64,000 nucleotides of DNA, from NCBI GenBank assembly GCA_964016885.1, contig OZ024751.1, positions 27,776,001 through 27,840,000 of the forward strand, given 5' to 3'. Shown piece by piece: positions 60,993-64,000 of this stretch. Below the pieces are notes generated by a model. It was given only the letters and a program-made list of their open reading frames with translations, had not been told where the DNA came from and ran no database searches. Numbering within the stretch: the stretch's first letter is position 1; each line of letters opens with the position of its first letter. A program made the position numbers and the translations under genes. The DNA is from Eledone cirrhosa. Lineage: Eukaryota.

Positions 60993-61189
60993 CCCTTTAG
61001 CATTTGCATTACTCTATATTTACTATTGTAAACACTTTATCTCACATAATATCGAATCTACCAGATTTTGATATTATTTATTTTGAGAACAATACCTTAA
61101 CATCAGTATGAGTGGCCAGTTACAGTCAGTTTGAACAGAAAGAGGTGAGAGAATTATGGCTGGATACGACCAGTTTAAATGCTAAACGG
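60993..61189. mobile_element. piggyBac-like MITE
   Basis: TTAA-CCCTTTAGCATTT...AAATGCTAAACGG-TTAA; homolog of 52465-52689. Confidence 0.8.
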
Positions 61190-61539
61190 TTAAGCTAAGT
61201 TTCAAACACCAGCTGAATAGTGAGAAAGCTAGTTGTATTACTAAATCCCTTCAACTTTTTGATTATTTTCAAAATTATTTGAAAGTCATAGGAGTGTGGT
61301 AACAAAAGGATTAATTAGAAATATGGTAATGAATGGTTAAAAACATCTAATGAAAATTCTTTCATGAACTATGGACTTAGAATGTAGTTGTCATACAATG
61401 GTTAAAGCTTATTAATTCTGCATTTAGTTCACAATTTTATTTTTACTATCTGTTTCTGTCTCTGTATGTGTATATGTATGCGTGTGTCTATGTACTGTGT
61501 CTGTCTATGTATATGTGTTTGTGCCTGTGTGTGTGTGTG

Positions 61540-61577
61540 TGAATCTGTGTGTGTCTGTACGAATCTATATGTCTCTG

Positions 61578-61615
<38 letters not shown>

Positions 61616-61628
61616 CTATATGTCTCTG

Positions 61629-61662
<34 letters not shown>

Positions 61663-61890
61663 CTATATGTCTCTGCTGTGTGTGTGTGTGAATCTATATG
61701 TCTCTGCTGTGTGTGTGTGTATGAATCTATATGTCTGCTGTGTGTGTGTGTGTGTAGGAATCATATGTCTCTGCTGTGTGTGTGTGTATGAATCTATATG
61801 TCTCTGCTGTGTGTGTGTGTGTGTGTGTAGGAATCTATATGTCTCTGCTGTGTGTGTGTAGGAATCTATATGTCTCTGCTGTGTGTGTAT
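61540..61890. repeat. Minisatellite GAATCTATATGTCTCTGC + variable (TG)n, about 9 units
   Basis: Read directly. Confidence 0.9.
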
Positions 61891-62242
61891 AATTATGTAT
61901 GTCTGTTTATATCTATGTGTTTATATCACACACACAAATTTAAAATCCATCATGTTATAGATTGTTGAGATTTTAATGATATATAATATTGATAAACTTT
62001 TAATAAAATTCTATATTTGCTGTTGTCTTTTTAGTTTACTTAGCAATATTTAATGTCTACTATCATATCAGAACAGACATATTTATAGGTTTTAAAAGAA
62101 AAATATCAAATTTTTCTGTTAATAAAATTGTCAAAAAAATCTTTGTGATCTGATCATTATTGAGTTCACATAGAAAATATGAACAACTTCACACAGTTGG
62201 AGTCTTCTTATCATGCACTGTTGCTAATGGTTGTTTGGGCGG

Positions 62243-62585
<343 letters not shown>

Positions 62586-63699
62586 ATTCGTCGTCTTCTT
62601 AGTATAGGTTAGTAATAAAATATAGAATAATTTTAGTAAATTCCTCAAAATTCTTAATTGATGAATTAATTAATTGTAATAGAGTGTCTGTTGTTTGAAA
62701 TACAGTCAGAAACGAATTAAATGTCCTTCCTGCTCTTTGAATCTTACTGGAGTTTGTTTGTTTGTTCTGACAACACATACACAGTGTCTCTCTCTCTTAA
62801 TATCACATCACATGCTTCTTCGACTTGAAGCTGCAAGAAAATGGTGTACTCTTATGATTCTCACATAAAACCTGTGTATATTTGAATGTACTGTGATTAA
62901 ATGGTAGTAGTAGTAGTGGTGGTAGTATTAGAGAAGACACAGCAGTGTTACTACTGCCTTAAAGTAATAATGTAAATTTATTGATTGCTTTGATTCTGTG
63001 ACAGGTGTATTGTTTCTGGTGTAATAATCTGATGACTTTTTCTGTCTACCTTTCTATATGAAAAATGGGAAAATGAAAAATGAAATACTTAGTTTCTTAC
63101 TGATCTCATACATATAACCAATTTAACCCTTTCAATACGAAACCTTTTAAAAATCAGTAAAGGTAGAATTTGAAGAAGATTTGGCTACTACTTCTAGCAA
63201 GCCAAGCATCTTCATTAGAGGATCTGTTGGCATTTAAACTGGCTGTCTGGCCAGAATTATCTCACCTCTTTCTCTTCCAACTGGCTGCCGATACTTATGT
63301 TAAGGCATTGTTCTCAAAATAAATAATGTCAAAATCTCATAGATTTGATATGTGAGATAATTATTTGAAATAAAGTGTTTACTGTGAAAATACAATAATA
63401 ATTATAGAGTAATGTAAAGGTTAAGAGATAGCTGTTAACCCTTTCTATACCAGACTGTTTGAAACCGTCTTTGGTGCTACAATGTAAAGCTGTTTATCTG
63501 CAAGAGTAGCTATATCAGCATGCCTCCCCCGCTATCCTCCAGGGCAACATATTTTTCAATAATGTCTGCTGAGTCCATGAGGTGGCATGTGTCTGGCATT
63601 CTGCACACCAGAAAGCGTTCTCCTATACCGTCTAAAAAAAGTCTAAAGTGTGTCTCGAGCCCGGAGGCTCATCACTCCAGTGATTATACCAGTTTCCAT

Positions 63700-63921
63700 A
63701 GCATTAAGTGACTGAGAGTACAAGACTCTTCCCCTAGACAGGACGCCAGTCCATCATGGGGTTAAACTCCCAGCTACTGCTAGTACTTTTTTCATCTGAG
63801 TATACTGGAGCAACATGAAATAAAGTGTTTTGTTCAAGAACACAACACACAACTTAGTCCACAAATTGAATCGACAGGGTTATGATTGTAAGCCCAACAC
63901 ATTACTAAGCCACGCACCTCC
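63700..63921 (-). mobile_element. tRNA-derived SINE (Meta-like core)
   Basis: Reverse complement GGAGGTGCGTGGCTTAGT...TTCTTGAACAAAACACTTTATTTCATGTTGCTCCAGT. Confidence 0.7.
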
Positions 63922-64000
63922 ACACCTACACTGTCTTTGCTTGTATTATTGGGGTTAGCAATGTTGTAGGTTGCTGACATCTATCCACACACATGCAATA

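Noticed and set aside
61540-61890. Regularly spaced repeat resembling a CRISPR array
   Set aside because: The spacers are only (TG)n of variable length; the context is eukaryotic and there are no cas genes.

Overview
AT-rich, repeat-dominated animal DNA, most likely a cephalopod (Octopus-like) intron or intergenic region; this is inferred from the SINE types and the very long (TA)n arrays. No host protein-coding gene can be supported. Nearly all long ORFs are translated (TA)n/(CA)n microsatellites, and the real coding signal belongs to retroelements: two RTE-clade LINE families, RTE-X-like fragments, a duplicated CR1 fragment, an old Jockey/CR1-group LINE and a Penelope-like element (RT + GIY-YIG). 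Also present are tRNA-derived SINEs, two non-autonomous Helitron copies, piggyBac- and Tc1-like MITEs, a 5S rRNA pseudogene and minisatellites. The main unexplained signal is a dispersed set of about 8-10 short non-coding elements, most of them sitting in or next to (TA)n tracts. Their sequences are largely unrelated but they share one architecture: a fold-back palindrome whose arms carry type-I hammerhead ribozymes (near-canonical at 4810-4870 and 4919-4979, degenerate elsewhere), followed by a conserved stem-loop ACTC(T/C)...RTYGAGYRC. A second signal is the 21.5-39.8 kb chain of retroelement fragments joined end to end, often inverted, with (TA)n at every junction. All coordinates, alignments and folds were read by eye.
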